The notes beneath the pieces were generated by a model that saw only the letters and a program-made list of their open reading frames with translations, was not told the origin of the DNA and did no database searches. Below are positions 1 through 8,490 of a stretch of DNA of 38,751 nucleotides, in pieces. The position numbers were made by a program, and so were the translations under genes. The stretch's first letter is position 1; every line of letters begins with the position of its first letter. Source of the DNA: a phage; sequence record PZ465525.1; one strand, given 5' to 3'.

Positions 1-174
1 GACATAATGGACGTGACGAACTTGGTGATTGACCCAGAGTTCGAGTCGCGGGAACTCCATAAGTTCCTGAGTGGTCGCTTTAAGGAGCTGGCCGAGCTGA
101 ATGGTCTACAATGGGTGTCCCGCTGCAAGCACGACTCTGCGGGAACGATGAAGGTTTACTTTAAGGGGGTATGA
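1..174 (+). CDS. 7: Gene 7 host-range/virion protein, C-terminal part (continues in frame from 38394-38630 across the permuted window ends)
   Basis: Frame 1 is open from base 1 to TGA at 172-174; it joins in frame with the ORF starting ATG 38394, giving ~136 aa resembling T7 gp7 (recalled). Confidence 0.8.
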   Translation, partial: DIMDVTNLVIDPEFESRELHKFLSGRFKELAELNGLQWVSRCKHDSAGTMKVYFKGV

Positions 175-177
175 GTC

Positions 178-447
178 ATGGGTAAGAAAATCACGAAGGC
201 TGTGAAGAAGGTTGTCAAAGAGGTTACCCGTCCGATCAAGCAGGTTGCTGGTGCGCTGGCGGGTGCTCCCGACATGCCTGAGATTGCACCGCCGACACCT
301 TCTGCTGCACTGATTGAAGTTCCTCAACAAGAGGAGGTGCAGACCGATACTGATGCTGCTACCGAATCCAGCCGTAAGAAAGCCCGAGCAGGCGGTAAGA
401 AATCGCTGAGCGTGGCCCGTAGTGCTGGCGGTGGCATCAACATCTAA
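178..447 (+). CDS. 7.3: gp7.3 tail/virion protein
   Basis: 89-aa ORF MGKKITKAVKK...SVARSAGGGINI; Lys-rich N-terminus and C-terminus resemble T7 gp7.3 (recalled); RBS AAGGGGG upstream. Confidence 0.85.
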   Translation: MGKKITKAVKKVVKEVTRPIKQVAGALAGAPDMPEIAPPTPSAALIEVPQQEEVQTDTDAATESSRKKARAGGKKSLSVARSAGGGINI

Positions 448-460
448 AGAGGAGTGACAC

Positions 461-2071
461 ATGGCTGAGAAACGCACTGGATTTGCCGAGGAGGGCGCGA
501 AGTCCGTGTACGAACGCTTGAAGAACGACCGTGCTCCCTATGAGACACGAGCCGAGAACTGTGCGAAGTACACCATTCCGTCCCTCTTTCCGAAAGACTC
601 CGATAACGCCTCTACAGACTACACAACTCCGTGGCAAGCGGTAGGTGCCCGTGGTCTGAACAACCTAGCGTCTAAGCTCATGCTGGCGCTGTTCCCGATG
701 CAAACATGGATGAAGCTGACTATCTCCGAGTTTGAAGCCAAGCAACTGTTAGGAGACCCCGAAGGTCTCGCCAAGGTTGACGAAGGACTCTCGATGGTTG
801 AGCGAATCATTATGAACTACATCGAATCCAATAGCTACCGCGTGACCCTCTTTGAGGCCATTAAGCAACTGGTGGTGGCTGGCAACGTCCTGCTGTACCT
901 ACCGGAACCAGAGGGTGTCTCGTATAACCCGATGAAGCTGTACCGATTGTCTTCTTATGTTGTCCAGAGGGACGCATACGGCAACGTCCTTCAAATGGTT
1001 ACTCGTGACCAGATTGCCTTTGGTGCCCTCCCCGAGGATGTTCGCAAGGCTGTAGAAGGCCAAGGTGGCGAGAAGAAGCCCGACGAAATCGTTGACGTTT
1101 ACACTCACGTCTACCTTGACGATGAATCTGGCGAATACATCCGGTACGAGGAGGTGGAAGGTAACGAGATTCAGGGCTCTGACGGTTCATACCCGAGGGA
1201 CGCCTGCCCGTACATTCCGATACGCATGGTTCGTCTTGACGGTGAATCCTATGGCCGCTCCTACATTGAGGAGTACCTTGGGGACTTGCGTTCCCTTGAG
1301 AACCTTCAAGAGTCCATCGTGAAGATGTCGATGATTAGCTCCAAGGTCATTGGTCTGGTTAACCCTGCTGGTATCACCCAGCCGCGCCGACTGACCAAAG
1401 CCCAAACGGGAGACTTTGTGACTGGCCGACCGGAGGACATTTCGTTCCTCCAACTGGAAAAGCAAGCAGACTTCTCCGTGGCCAAGGCTGTCAGTGACGC
1501 TATCGAGGCTCGCCTCTCGTTTGCCTTCATGTTGAACTCTGCGGTTCAGCGTACTGGCGAGCGGGTGACTGCCGAGGAAATCCGATACGTTGCGTCCGAA
1601 CTCGAAGATACTCTTGGCGGTGTCTACTCCATCCTCTCTCAGGAACTCCAATTGCCTCTGGTACGTGTGCTGCTCAAGCAACTCCAAGCAACCCAACAGA
1701 TTCCTGAGTTACCGAAGGAAGCCGTAGAGCCGACCATTAGTACCGGTCTGGAAGCAATCGGTCGGGGCCAAGACCTCGATAAGTTGGAACGCTGTGTGGC
1801 CGCTTGGGCCGCCCTTGCGCCTATGCAGGAAGACCCTGACATTGATATTGCAGTCATTAAGCTGAGAATCGCTAACGCTATCGGTATCGACACGTCTGGC
1901 ATCCTGCTGACTGACGAACAGAAACAACAGCGGGCCGCAATGAAGGCTGCTCAGATGGGCATGGACTCTGGTGCTGCTGCACTTGGTCAGGGCATGGCCG
2001 CTCAGGCTACCGCTTCGCCAGAGGCGATGGCTGCTGCTGCCGACTCTGTGGGCCTCAAGGTAGGACTTTAA
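461..2071 (+). CDS. 8: gp8 portal (head-to-tail connector) protein
   Basis: 536-aa ORF, same length as T7 gp8; RBS AGAGGAG; stop TAA overlaps the phi9 promoter. Confidence 0.95.
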   Translation: MAEKRTGFAEEGAKSVYERLKNDRAPYETRAENCAKYTIPSLFPKDSDNASTDYTTPWQAVGARGLNNLASKLMLALFPMQTWMKLTISEFEAKQLLGDPEGLAKVDEGLSMVERIIMNYIESNSYRVTLFEAIKQLVVAGNVLLYLPEPEGVSYNPMKLYRLSSYVVQRDAYGNVLQMVTRDQIAFGALPEDVRKAVEGQGGEKKPDEIVDVYTHVYLDDESGEYIRYEEVEGNEIQGSDGSYPRDACPYIPIRMVRLDGESYGRSYIEEYLGDLRSLENLQESIVKMSMISSKVIGLVNPAGITQPRRLTKAQTGDFVTGRPEDISFLQLEKQADFSVAKAVSDAIEARLSFAFMLNSAVQRTGERVTAEEIRYVASELEDTLGGVYSILSQELQLPLVRVLLKQLQATQQIPELPKEAVEPTISTGLEAIGRGQDLDKLERCVAAWAALAPMQEDPDIDIAVIKLRIANAIGIDTSGILLTDEQKQQRAAMKAAQMGMDSGAAALGQGMAAQATASPEAMAAAADSVGLKVGL

Positions 2072-2091
2072 TACGACTCACTATAGGGAGA
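2069..2091 (+). promoter_or_regulatory. Phage RNAP class III promoter (phi9)
   Basis: Exact match to TAATACGACTCACTATAGGGAGA; +1 G near 2086. Confidence 0.95.
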
Positions 2092-2136
2092 CCACACAAC
2101 GGTTTCCCTGTAGTTTTAACTTTAAGGAGATTGATA

Positions 2137-3057
2137 ATGGCTGGTGAATCTAACGCTGACGTTTACGCATCCTTTGGTGTTAACTCTGCCGTGATGACTG
2201 GGGACTCCGTAAGTGCCCATGAGCAAAACATGCTGACTCTTGACGTTGCTGCCCGTGATGGCGATGATGCAATCGAGCTGGGTGAACCGACCGAGCGTGA
2301 CCTTTATGACAACTCTGACCCGTTCGGTCAAGAGGACGATGAAGGCCGCATTCAGGTTCGTATTGGTGAAGACGGTCAGGTCGTTGAAGAAGCCGCTGAG
2401 GTTGAGACTGGTGGCGAACAGGATGGCGAACCTACCGAGTTCACTCCGCTGGGTGATACCCCTGAGGCACTGAAAGCTGCCCAAGCGCAACTGGCTGAGC
2501 ACGACGCTGGCTTCCAAGAGATGATTAGCATGGCGATGGAACGTGGCATGACCGCTGAGACCATCGAGCGCATCCAAGCCGAGTACGACTCCGAAGCGGG
2601 TATCTCTGAGAAGTCCTATCGGGAACTCGCTGAGATTGGCTACACCAAGGGTTTCATCGACTCTTACATCCGTGGTCAAGAAGCTCTCGTTGAGCAATAC
2701 GTTGCGGGTATCGTAGAGTACGCTGGTGGTCGTGAGCAATTCGATGCTCTGTACCAGCACCTTGAGAACACCAACCCCGAGGCGTCAAAGGCCCTTGAGA
2801 CTGCCCTTGAGAACCTTGACGTTGCAACCGTTAAGGCAATCATCAATCTGGCTGGCGAATCCCGTGCGAAGACCTTTGGTCGCAAGCCGACCCGAAGTGT
2901 CACTCAACGTGCTGTCCCTGCGAAACCTCAAGCTCCCAAGAAGGTAGGCTTTGAGTCGCGCGCTGAAATGGTCAAAGCAATGAGCGATGTGCGCTACCGG
3001 ACTGACGCTAAGTATCGCGCAGAAGTTGAGCAGAAAGTGTGGAACTCCAACTTCTGA
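2137..3057 (+). CDS. 9: gp9 capsid scaffolding protein
   Basis: ORF track starts at TTG 2131; the ATG at 2137 (MAGESNADVYASFGV...) after RBS AAGGAG matches the T7 gp9 N-terminus; acidic protein of ~306 aa. Confidence 0.93.
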   Translation: MAGESNADVYASFGVNSAVMTGDSVSAHEQNMLTLDVAARDGDDAIELGEPTERDLYDNSDPFGQEDDEGRIQVRIGEDGQVVEEAAEVETGGEQDGEPTEFTPLGDTPEALKAAQAQLAEHDAGFQEMISMAMERGMTAETIERIQAEYDSEAGISEKSYRELAEIGYTKGFIDSYIRGQEALVEQYVAGIVEYAGGREQFDALYQHLENTNPEASKALETALENLDVATVKAIINLAGESRAKTFGRKPTRSVTQRAVPAKPQAPKKVGFESRAEMVKAMSDVRYRTDAKYRAEVEQKVWNSNF

Positions 3058-3069
3058 CCAACGGTAAAT

Positions 3070-3092
3070 TAATACGACTCACTATAGGGAGA
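3070..3092 (+). promoter_or_regulatory. Phage RNAP class III promoter (phi10)
   Basis: Exact consensus TAATACGACTCACTATAGGGAGA upstream of the capsid gene. Confidence 0.95.
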
Positions 3093-3156
3093 AGGTAACC
3101 CGCCGACTCCCTGTAATCCAACTTTGAAGTTAACTTTGATAGAAGGAGAATGAACA

Positions 3157-4194
3157 ATGGCTAACATGCAAGGCGGTCAACAACTGGGCACTAACCAAGG
3201 CAAGGGTGCTAGCAACGCTAGTGACAAACTCGCGCTGTTCTTGAAGGTATTCGGCGGCGAAGTCCTGACTGCGTTCGCTCGCACCTCTGTGACCACTTCT
3301 CGTCACATGATGCGCTCCATTTCAAGCGGTAAGTCCGCTCAGTTCCCTGTTCTGGGTCGAACCAATGCGGCCTATTTGGCACCCGGCGCGAACCTCGATG
3401 ACATCCGTAAGGATATTCCGCATACCGAGAAGACCATTTCAATTGATGGCCTACTGACTGCGGACGTTCTGATTTATGACATCGAAGACGCAATGAACCA
3501 CTATGATGTTCGCTCAGAGTACACCGCACAACTGGGTGAGTCTCTGGCGATGGCTGCTGACGGCGCTGTACTGGCTGAAATCGCCGGTCTGTGCAACCTG
3601 CCGGAAGCTGCCAATGAGAACATCGCTGGTCTTGGCAAGGCAACCATTCTGGAAACCTCTAAGCCGAAGGGCGCGCTGTCAACCCCTGCGGCAATCGGAA
3701 CCGAAGTCATTGAGCTGCTGGCCCGTGCCCGTGCTGCTCTGACCAAGAACTACGTTCCGGCTTCCGACCGTGTGTTCTTCTGTGACCCTGACACCTACTC
3801 TGCGATTCTGTCTTCGCTGATGCCGAATGCTGCGAACTACGCTGCAATCATCGACCCTGAGCGTGGCTCTATCCGCAACGTAATGGGCTTTGAGGTCGTT
3901 GAGGTTCCGCACCTGACCTCTGGTGGTGCTGGCGATAGCCGTGAGAAGCTGGATACCAACCAGAAGCACCAGTTCCCTGCTACCGTTCATGGTAACGCCA
4001 AGGTTGCCAAGAGCAACGTTATCGGCCTGTTCATGCACCGCTCTGCGGTAGGTACTGTCAAGCTGAAAGATTTGGCTCTGGAACGCGCTCGCCGTGCTAA
4101 CTTCCAAGCTGACCAAATCATCGCTAAGTACGCTATGGGCCACGGTGGTCTGCGACCGGAAGCTGCTGGTGCCATCGTTTTCAAGGCGGGGTAA
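3157..4194 (+). CDS. 10A: gp10A major capsid protein
   Basis: 345-aa ORF, strongly similar to T7 gp10A along its length (recalled, roughly 85% identity); strong RBS GAAGGAG. Confidence 0.97.
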   Translation: MANMQGGQQLGTNQGKGASNASDKLALFLKVFGGEVLTAFARTSVTTSRHMMRSISSGKSAQFPVLGRTNAAYLAPGANLDDIRKDIPHTEKTISIDGLLTADVLIYDIEDAMNHYDVRSEYTAQLGESLAMAADGAVLAEIAGLCNLPEAANENIAGLGKATILETSKPKGALSTPAAIGTEVIELLARARAALTKNYVPASDRVFFCDPDTYSAILSSLMPNAANYAAIIDPERGSIRNVMGFEVVEVPHLTSGGAGDSREKLDTNQKHQFPATVHGNAKVAKSNVIGLFMHRSAVGTVKLKDLALERARRANFQADQIIAKYAMGHGGLRPEAAGAIVFKAG

Positions 4195-4352
4195 TGCTGG
4201 GAGTGACCTCAACGGTCACTGCTAGTACCGAGGAGGTGAGTGTTACTTCAACAGAAGAAACCTTAACGCCAGCGCAGAAGGCCGCACGAACACGCGCTGC
4301 TAACAAAGCCCGAAAGGAAGCTGAGTTGGCTGATGCCACCGCTGAGCAATAA
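4194..4352 (+). other. 10B: Gene 10B extension: -1 frame continuation of the capsid ORF (minor capsid protein 10B by programmed frameshift)
   Basis: The -1 frame is open from just before the 10A stop to TAA 4350-4352 and encodes ...EETLTPAQKAARTRAANKARKEAELADATAEQ, near-identical to the T7 10B tail; GTTTTC slippery run at 4177-4182. Confidence 0.75.
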
Positions 4353-4400
4353 CTAGCATAACCCCTTGGGGCCTCTAAACGGGTCTTGAGGGGTTTTTTC
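4353..4400 (+). terminator. T-phi late terminator for phage RNAP
   Basis: CTAGCATAACCCCTTGGGGCCTCTAAACGGGTCTTGAGGGGTTTTTTC, a GC-rich hairpin plus U-run matching the T7 T-phi sequence (recalled). Confidence 0.93.
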
Positions 4401-4424
4401 GTGTTAACCACATAAGGAGGCTCT

Positions 4425-5015
4425 ATGCGCTCTTATGACATGAGTGTTGAGACCGCCGCTGAGCTTGCAGCCGTGAACGACATCTTGGCCGCTATCGGTG
4501 AACCTCCGGTATCGACCCTTGAAGGTGACTCGAACGCTGACGTTGCGAACGCCCGCCGGATTCTCAACAAGATTAACCGTCAAGTCCAATCACAGGGCTG
4601 GACGTTCAACATTGAGGAAGGCGTAATGCTTCTCCCTGACGTGTTCTCCAACCTGATTACCTACAGTGACGATTACCTGTCCATTATGTCCCCCTCTGGA
4701 CAATCCACCTACGTCAATCGTGGTGGTTACGTCTACGACCGGACTAACCGGACAGACCGCTTCACTGAGGCTATTACCGTAAACCTGATTCGTCTCCGTG
4801 AGTTTGACGAAATGCCAGAGTGCTTCCGCTATTGGATTGTCACTAAGGCGTCCCGTCAGTTCAACAACCGGTTCTTCGGGGCACCAGAAGTAGAGGGCGT
4901 CCTCCAAGAGGAAGAAGACGAAGCACGGCGACTCTGCATGGAGTACGAAATGGACTACGGTGGGTACAACATGCTGGACGGTGACGCGTTCACTTCTGGT
5001 CTACTGACTCGCTAA
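4425..5015 (+). CDS. 11: gp11 tail tubular protein A
   Basis: 196-aa ORF, same length and near-identical to T7 gp11 (recalled); RBS AAGGAGG. Confidence 0.95.
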   Translation: MRSYDMSVETAAELAAVNDILAAIGEPPVSTLEGDSNADVANARRILNKINRQVQSQGWTFNIEEGVMLLPDVFSNLITYSDDYLSIMSPSGQSTYVNRGGYVYDRTNRTDRFTEAITVNLIRLREFDEMPECFRYWIVTKASRQFNNRFFGAPEVEGVLQEEEDEARRLCMEYEMDYGGYNMLDGDAFTSGLLTR

Positions 5016-5026
5016 TAGGAGGCCCT

Positions 5027-7408
5027 ATGGCTCTAATTTCGCAATCCATTAAGAACTTGAAGGGGGGTATCAGCCAACAGCCTGACATCCTTCGCTATCC
5101 TGACCAAGGCTCTCGCCAAGTCAATGGGTGGTCTTCGGAGTCTGAGGGTCTTCAAAAGCGCCCTCCTATGGTGTTCATCAAGACCCTTGGCGACAAAGCC
5201 GCTTTGGGTCAGTCTCCGTACATCCACTTGATTAACCGTGACGAATATGAGCGGTACTACGTTGTGTTCACTGGAAGCGGTATCCGCGTGTTCGACCTTG
5301 CTGGTAACGAGAAGGCTGTCAAGTACAGCGCGAACAAAGCGTACATCACCACGGCCACCCCAAGGGAAGACCTTCGGATGGTAACGGTGGCTGACTACAC
5401 GTTCATCGTGAACAGGGACTACACGGTTGCTTCCGGCGGTTCCATCAACATGAGAGGGTTCAACCCTAAGCAGGACGCCTTGATTAACGTTCGAGGCGGC
5501 CAGTATGGACGAACTCTGCAAGTGATGATTAACGGTGGTACTCAGGCGACATACCAGATTCCAAATGGTGACAACCCTACGCACGTTCAGAATACCGATG
5601 CCCAATGGCTGGCAGAGGAGCTGGCCAAGCGGTTGCGAGCCAACCTCCCTACGTGGTCAGTCACAGTCGGCCAAGGGTACATCCATATCGTGGCACCTGC
5701 TGGTCAACAGATTGATTCCCTTGTGACGAAGGACGGTTACGCTGACCAGCTAATCAGCCCTGTGACTCACTACGCTCAGACCTTCACTAAGTTGCCGCTC
5801 AACGCTCCTGATGGGTACATCGTGAAGATTGTTGGGGACACCGCTAAGTCTGCCGACCAGTATTACGTGAAGTACGATGCGTCCCGTAAGGTCTGGTCTG
5901 AGGTTGTCGGGTGGGACGTTGAGGTTAACCTTCGGGCCGAGACGATGCCACATGCGCTCGTTCGGGCTGCTGATGGTAACTTCGAGTTCAAGACTCTGAG
6001 CTGGTCTGACAGGAAGTGTGGTGACAACGACACTAACCCGTGGCCCTCATTTGTTGACTCGACCATCAACGATGTGTTCTTCTTCCGTAACCGTCTTGGC
6101 TTCCTGACTGGCGAGAACATCGTGCTAAGTCGAACCGGTAAATACTTCAACTTCTTCCCTGCGTCCGTTGCGAACCTTAGCGATGATGACCCGATTGACG
6201 TTGCTGTGAGTGTTAACCGGATTTCCATCTTGAAGTACGCCGTTCCGTTCTCTGAGGAGCTGCTGATTTGGTCTGACGAGACTCAGTTCGTGTTGACCTC
6301 TGCGGGAACCTTAACGTCCCGTTCGGTTGAGCTGAACCTGACCACTCAGTTTGATGTGCAAGACCGAGCGCGTCCCTATGGGATTGGTCGTAACGTGTAC
6401 TTTGCGAGCCCACGGTCTAGCTTTACGTCCATCAGCCGTTACTATGCGGTGCAGGATGTAAGTTCCGTGAAGAACGCCGAGGACATTACCGCCCACGTCC
6501 CGAACTACATCCCGAATGGTGTGTTCGCAATCTGCGGCTCTGGCACCGAGAACTTCTGCTCAGTGTTGACCGATGGAGACCCTAGCAAGATTTTCATCTA
6601 CAAGTTCCTGTACCTCAACGAGGAGCTTCGCCAACAGTCTTGGTCTCACTGGGACTTTGGGCCGAACGTTCAGGTACTAGCTTGTCAAGCTATCGGGTCT
6701 GACATGTACGTGGTGATGCGGAACCAATACAACACCTTTATGTCTCGAATCTCTTTCACTAAGAACGCCATCGACATCATTGGGGAGCCTTACCGAGCCT
6801 ATCTGGACTTCAAGGTTGCCTACACGATTCCCGCTGGTACTTACAACGATGATACCTACGAGACAACCATCAACCTCTCGACCCTCTACGGAGCTCGTTT
6901 TGACCGTGGCAAGGTGACAGTTCTTGAGCCAGATGGTCGTGCCCACATCTTTGAAGACCCTGATGGTGGCTGGGCCAATGCGCCGCTGATTCGCCTAGCG
7001 GGTAACATGGAGGGCAAGAGGGTGTTCCTTGGGTTCAACTTCACGTTCCTTTACGAGTTCTCGAAGTTCCTCATTAAGCAAACCGCTGACGATGGCTCAA
7101 CGGCTACCGAGGACATTGGGCGACTTCAACTGCGAAGGGCTTGGGTGAACTACGAGGATTCCGGTACTTTTGACATCTACGTGGAGAACCAATCGTCAAA
7201 CTGGAAGTACACGATGGCTGGTGGCCGCTTGGGCTCCAACTCACTGAGGGCCAGTAAGTTGAACCTTGGCACGGGCCAGTACCGATTCCCTGTAGCGGGG
7301 AACGCCAAGTTCACTACTGTCTTAATCGCATCTGACGAGGCAACACCGCTGAACGTTATCGGCTGTGGCTGGGAAGGCAACTACCTGCGCCGGAGTTCCG
7401 GCATCTAA
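5027..7408 (+). CDS. 12: gp12 tail tubular protein B
   Basis: 793-aa ORF at the position and size of T7 gp12 (794 aa); RBS TAGGAGG. Confidence 0.95.
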   Translation: MALISQSIKNLKGGISQQPDILRYPDQGSRQVNGWSSESEGLQKRPPMVFIKTLGDKAALGQSPYIHLINRDEYERYYVVFTGSGIRVFDLAGNEKAVKYSANKAYITTATPREDLRMVTVADYTFIVNRDYTVASGGSINMRGFNPKQDALINVRGGQYGRTLQVMINGGTQATYQIPNGDNPTHVQNTDAQWLAEELAKRLRANLPTWSVTVGQGYIHIVAPAGQQIDSLVTKDGYADQLISPVTHYAQTFTKLPLNAPDGYIVKIVGDTAKSADQYYVKYDASRKVWSEVVGWDVEVNLRAETMPHALVRAADGNFEFKTLSWSDRKCGDNDTNPWPSFVDSTINDVFFFRNRLGFLTGENIVLSRTGKYFNFFPASVANLSDDDPIDVAVSVNRISILKYAVPFSEELLIWSDETQFVLTSAGTLTSRSVELNLTTQFDVQDRARPYGIGRNVYFASPRSSFTSISRYYAVQDVSSVKNAEDITAHVPNYIPNGVFAICGSGTENFCSVLTDGDPSKIFIYKFLYLNEELRQQSWSHWDFGPNVQVLACQAIGSDMYVVMRNQYNTFMSRISFTKNAIDIIGEPYRAYLDFKVAYTIPAGTYNDDTYETTINLSTLYGARFDRGKVTVLEPDGRAHIFEDPDGGWANAPLIRLAGNMEGKRVFLGFNFTFLYEFSKFLIKQTADDGSTATEDIGRLQLRRAWVNYEDSGTFDIYVENQSSNWKYTMAGGRLGSNSLRASKLNLGTGQYRFPVAGNAKFTTVLIASDEATPLNVIGCGWEGNYLRRSSGI

Positions 7409-7436
7409 CACTTTCTCCCTGTAGTTGGGTCAATAT

Positions 7437-7459
7437 TAATACGACTCACTATAGGGAGA
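7437..7459 (+). promoter_or_regulatory. Phage RNAP class III promoter (phi13)
   Basis: Exact consensus, followed by the partial repeat ACAATACGACTACGGGGAGGG as in T7. Confidence 0.93.
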
Positions 7460-7487
7460 ACAATACGACTACGGGGAGGGTTTCTTA

Positions 7488-7895
7488 ATGTTCATCCGTA
7501 ACACTACACCTAACGATTTCACTATGTTCACTCCGGCCTACCATGACATTCTTGAGGCTAAGGCTATAGGTATCACCCCAAGTTTCCCTGACGCTTCCGA
7601 GTGTGTCACGCTAGACCACGGTGGAACTCCTCTGGCTATCGGAGGTAACTGCGGTGATAGATGCTGGTTCGTAACGAGCGACCGAGCGTGGAAGCTCTCA
7701 AGGAAAGACAAGATGCGTTTCCGTAAGGCAATCATGGAGTACCGCGATAAGATGCTTGAGAAGTACCCTGTGCTCTGGAATTATGTGTGGGTGGGTAATA
7801 CCACTCACATTAGGTTCCTCAAGACTATCGGAGCGGTGTTCCATGAAGAATACACTCGTGATGGTCAGTTTCAACTATTCACGATAAGGAGGTGA
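7488..7895 (+). CDS. 13: gp13 internal virion protein A
   Basis: 135-aa ORF between phi13 and gene 14; RBS GGGGAGGG; size and position as T7 gp13. Confidence 0.85.
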   Translation: MFIRNTTPNDFTMFTPAYHDILEAKAIGITPSFPDASECVTLDHGGTPLAIGGNCGDRCWFVTSDRAWKLSRKDKMRFRKAIMEYRDKMLEKYPVLWNYVWVGNTTHIRFLKTIGAVFHEEYTRDGQFQLFTIRR

Positions 7896-7899
7896 CGCT

Positions 7900-8490
7900 A
7901 TGTGCTGGATGGCCGCAATTCCTATCACAATGGCGGGCGCTCAGGCCATTAGTGGTCAAGCCACTGAGGCCAACATGCTTGGTGCTCAGATTAACGCGGG
8001 TCGCCGTCAAGCGATGGAACTGTTAAAGCAGACCAACATTCAGAATGCGGACTTAACGCTACAAGCAAAGTCCAACCTTGAGGAAGCCTCTGCGGAACTG
8101 TCTACTCAGAACATGCAGAAGGTTCAAGCTATGGGTGCTATCCGTGCTGCTATCGGAGAGTCCAACCTTGAGGGCCGCTCAATGGAGCGAATCCAGAGAG
8201 TGACCGAGGGACAATTCGTCCGAGAGGCCAACATGGTCACTGAGAACTACCGCCGGAACTATCAGGCTATCTTCGCTCAACAGATTGGTGCTCACCAGTC
8301 TACCGTAAGTCAAATCAAAGAGATTTACAAAGGGGAGCAGAAAGGTAAGAGCAAGCTGCAACAGATTCTCGACCCGCTGGCTGCTGTCGGTAGTCAGGCT
8401 GCCTCTGCATATGCTTCTGGTTCGTTCGATGGGCCAGCCTTCGGAGGCAAGTTCTCTAGCAAGTCCACCGCGAAAGGAGGTAAGAAATGA
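7900..8490 (+). CDS. 14: gp14 internal virion (core) protein B
   Basis: 196-aa ORF, same length as T7 gp14; RBS AAGGAGG; ATGA overlap with gene 15. Confidence 0.9.
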   Translation: MCWMAAIPITMAGAQAISGQATEANMLGAQINAGRRQAMELLKQTNIQNADLTLQAKSNLEEASAELSTQNMQKVQAMGAIRAAIGESNLEGRSMERIQRVTEGQFVREANMVTENYRRNYQAIFAQQIGAHQSTVSQIKEIYKGEQKGKSKLQQILDPLAAVGSQAASAYASGSFDGPAFGGKFSSKSTAKGGKK

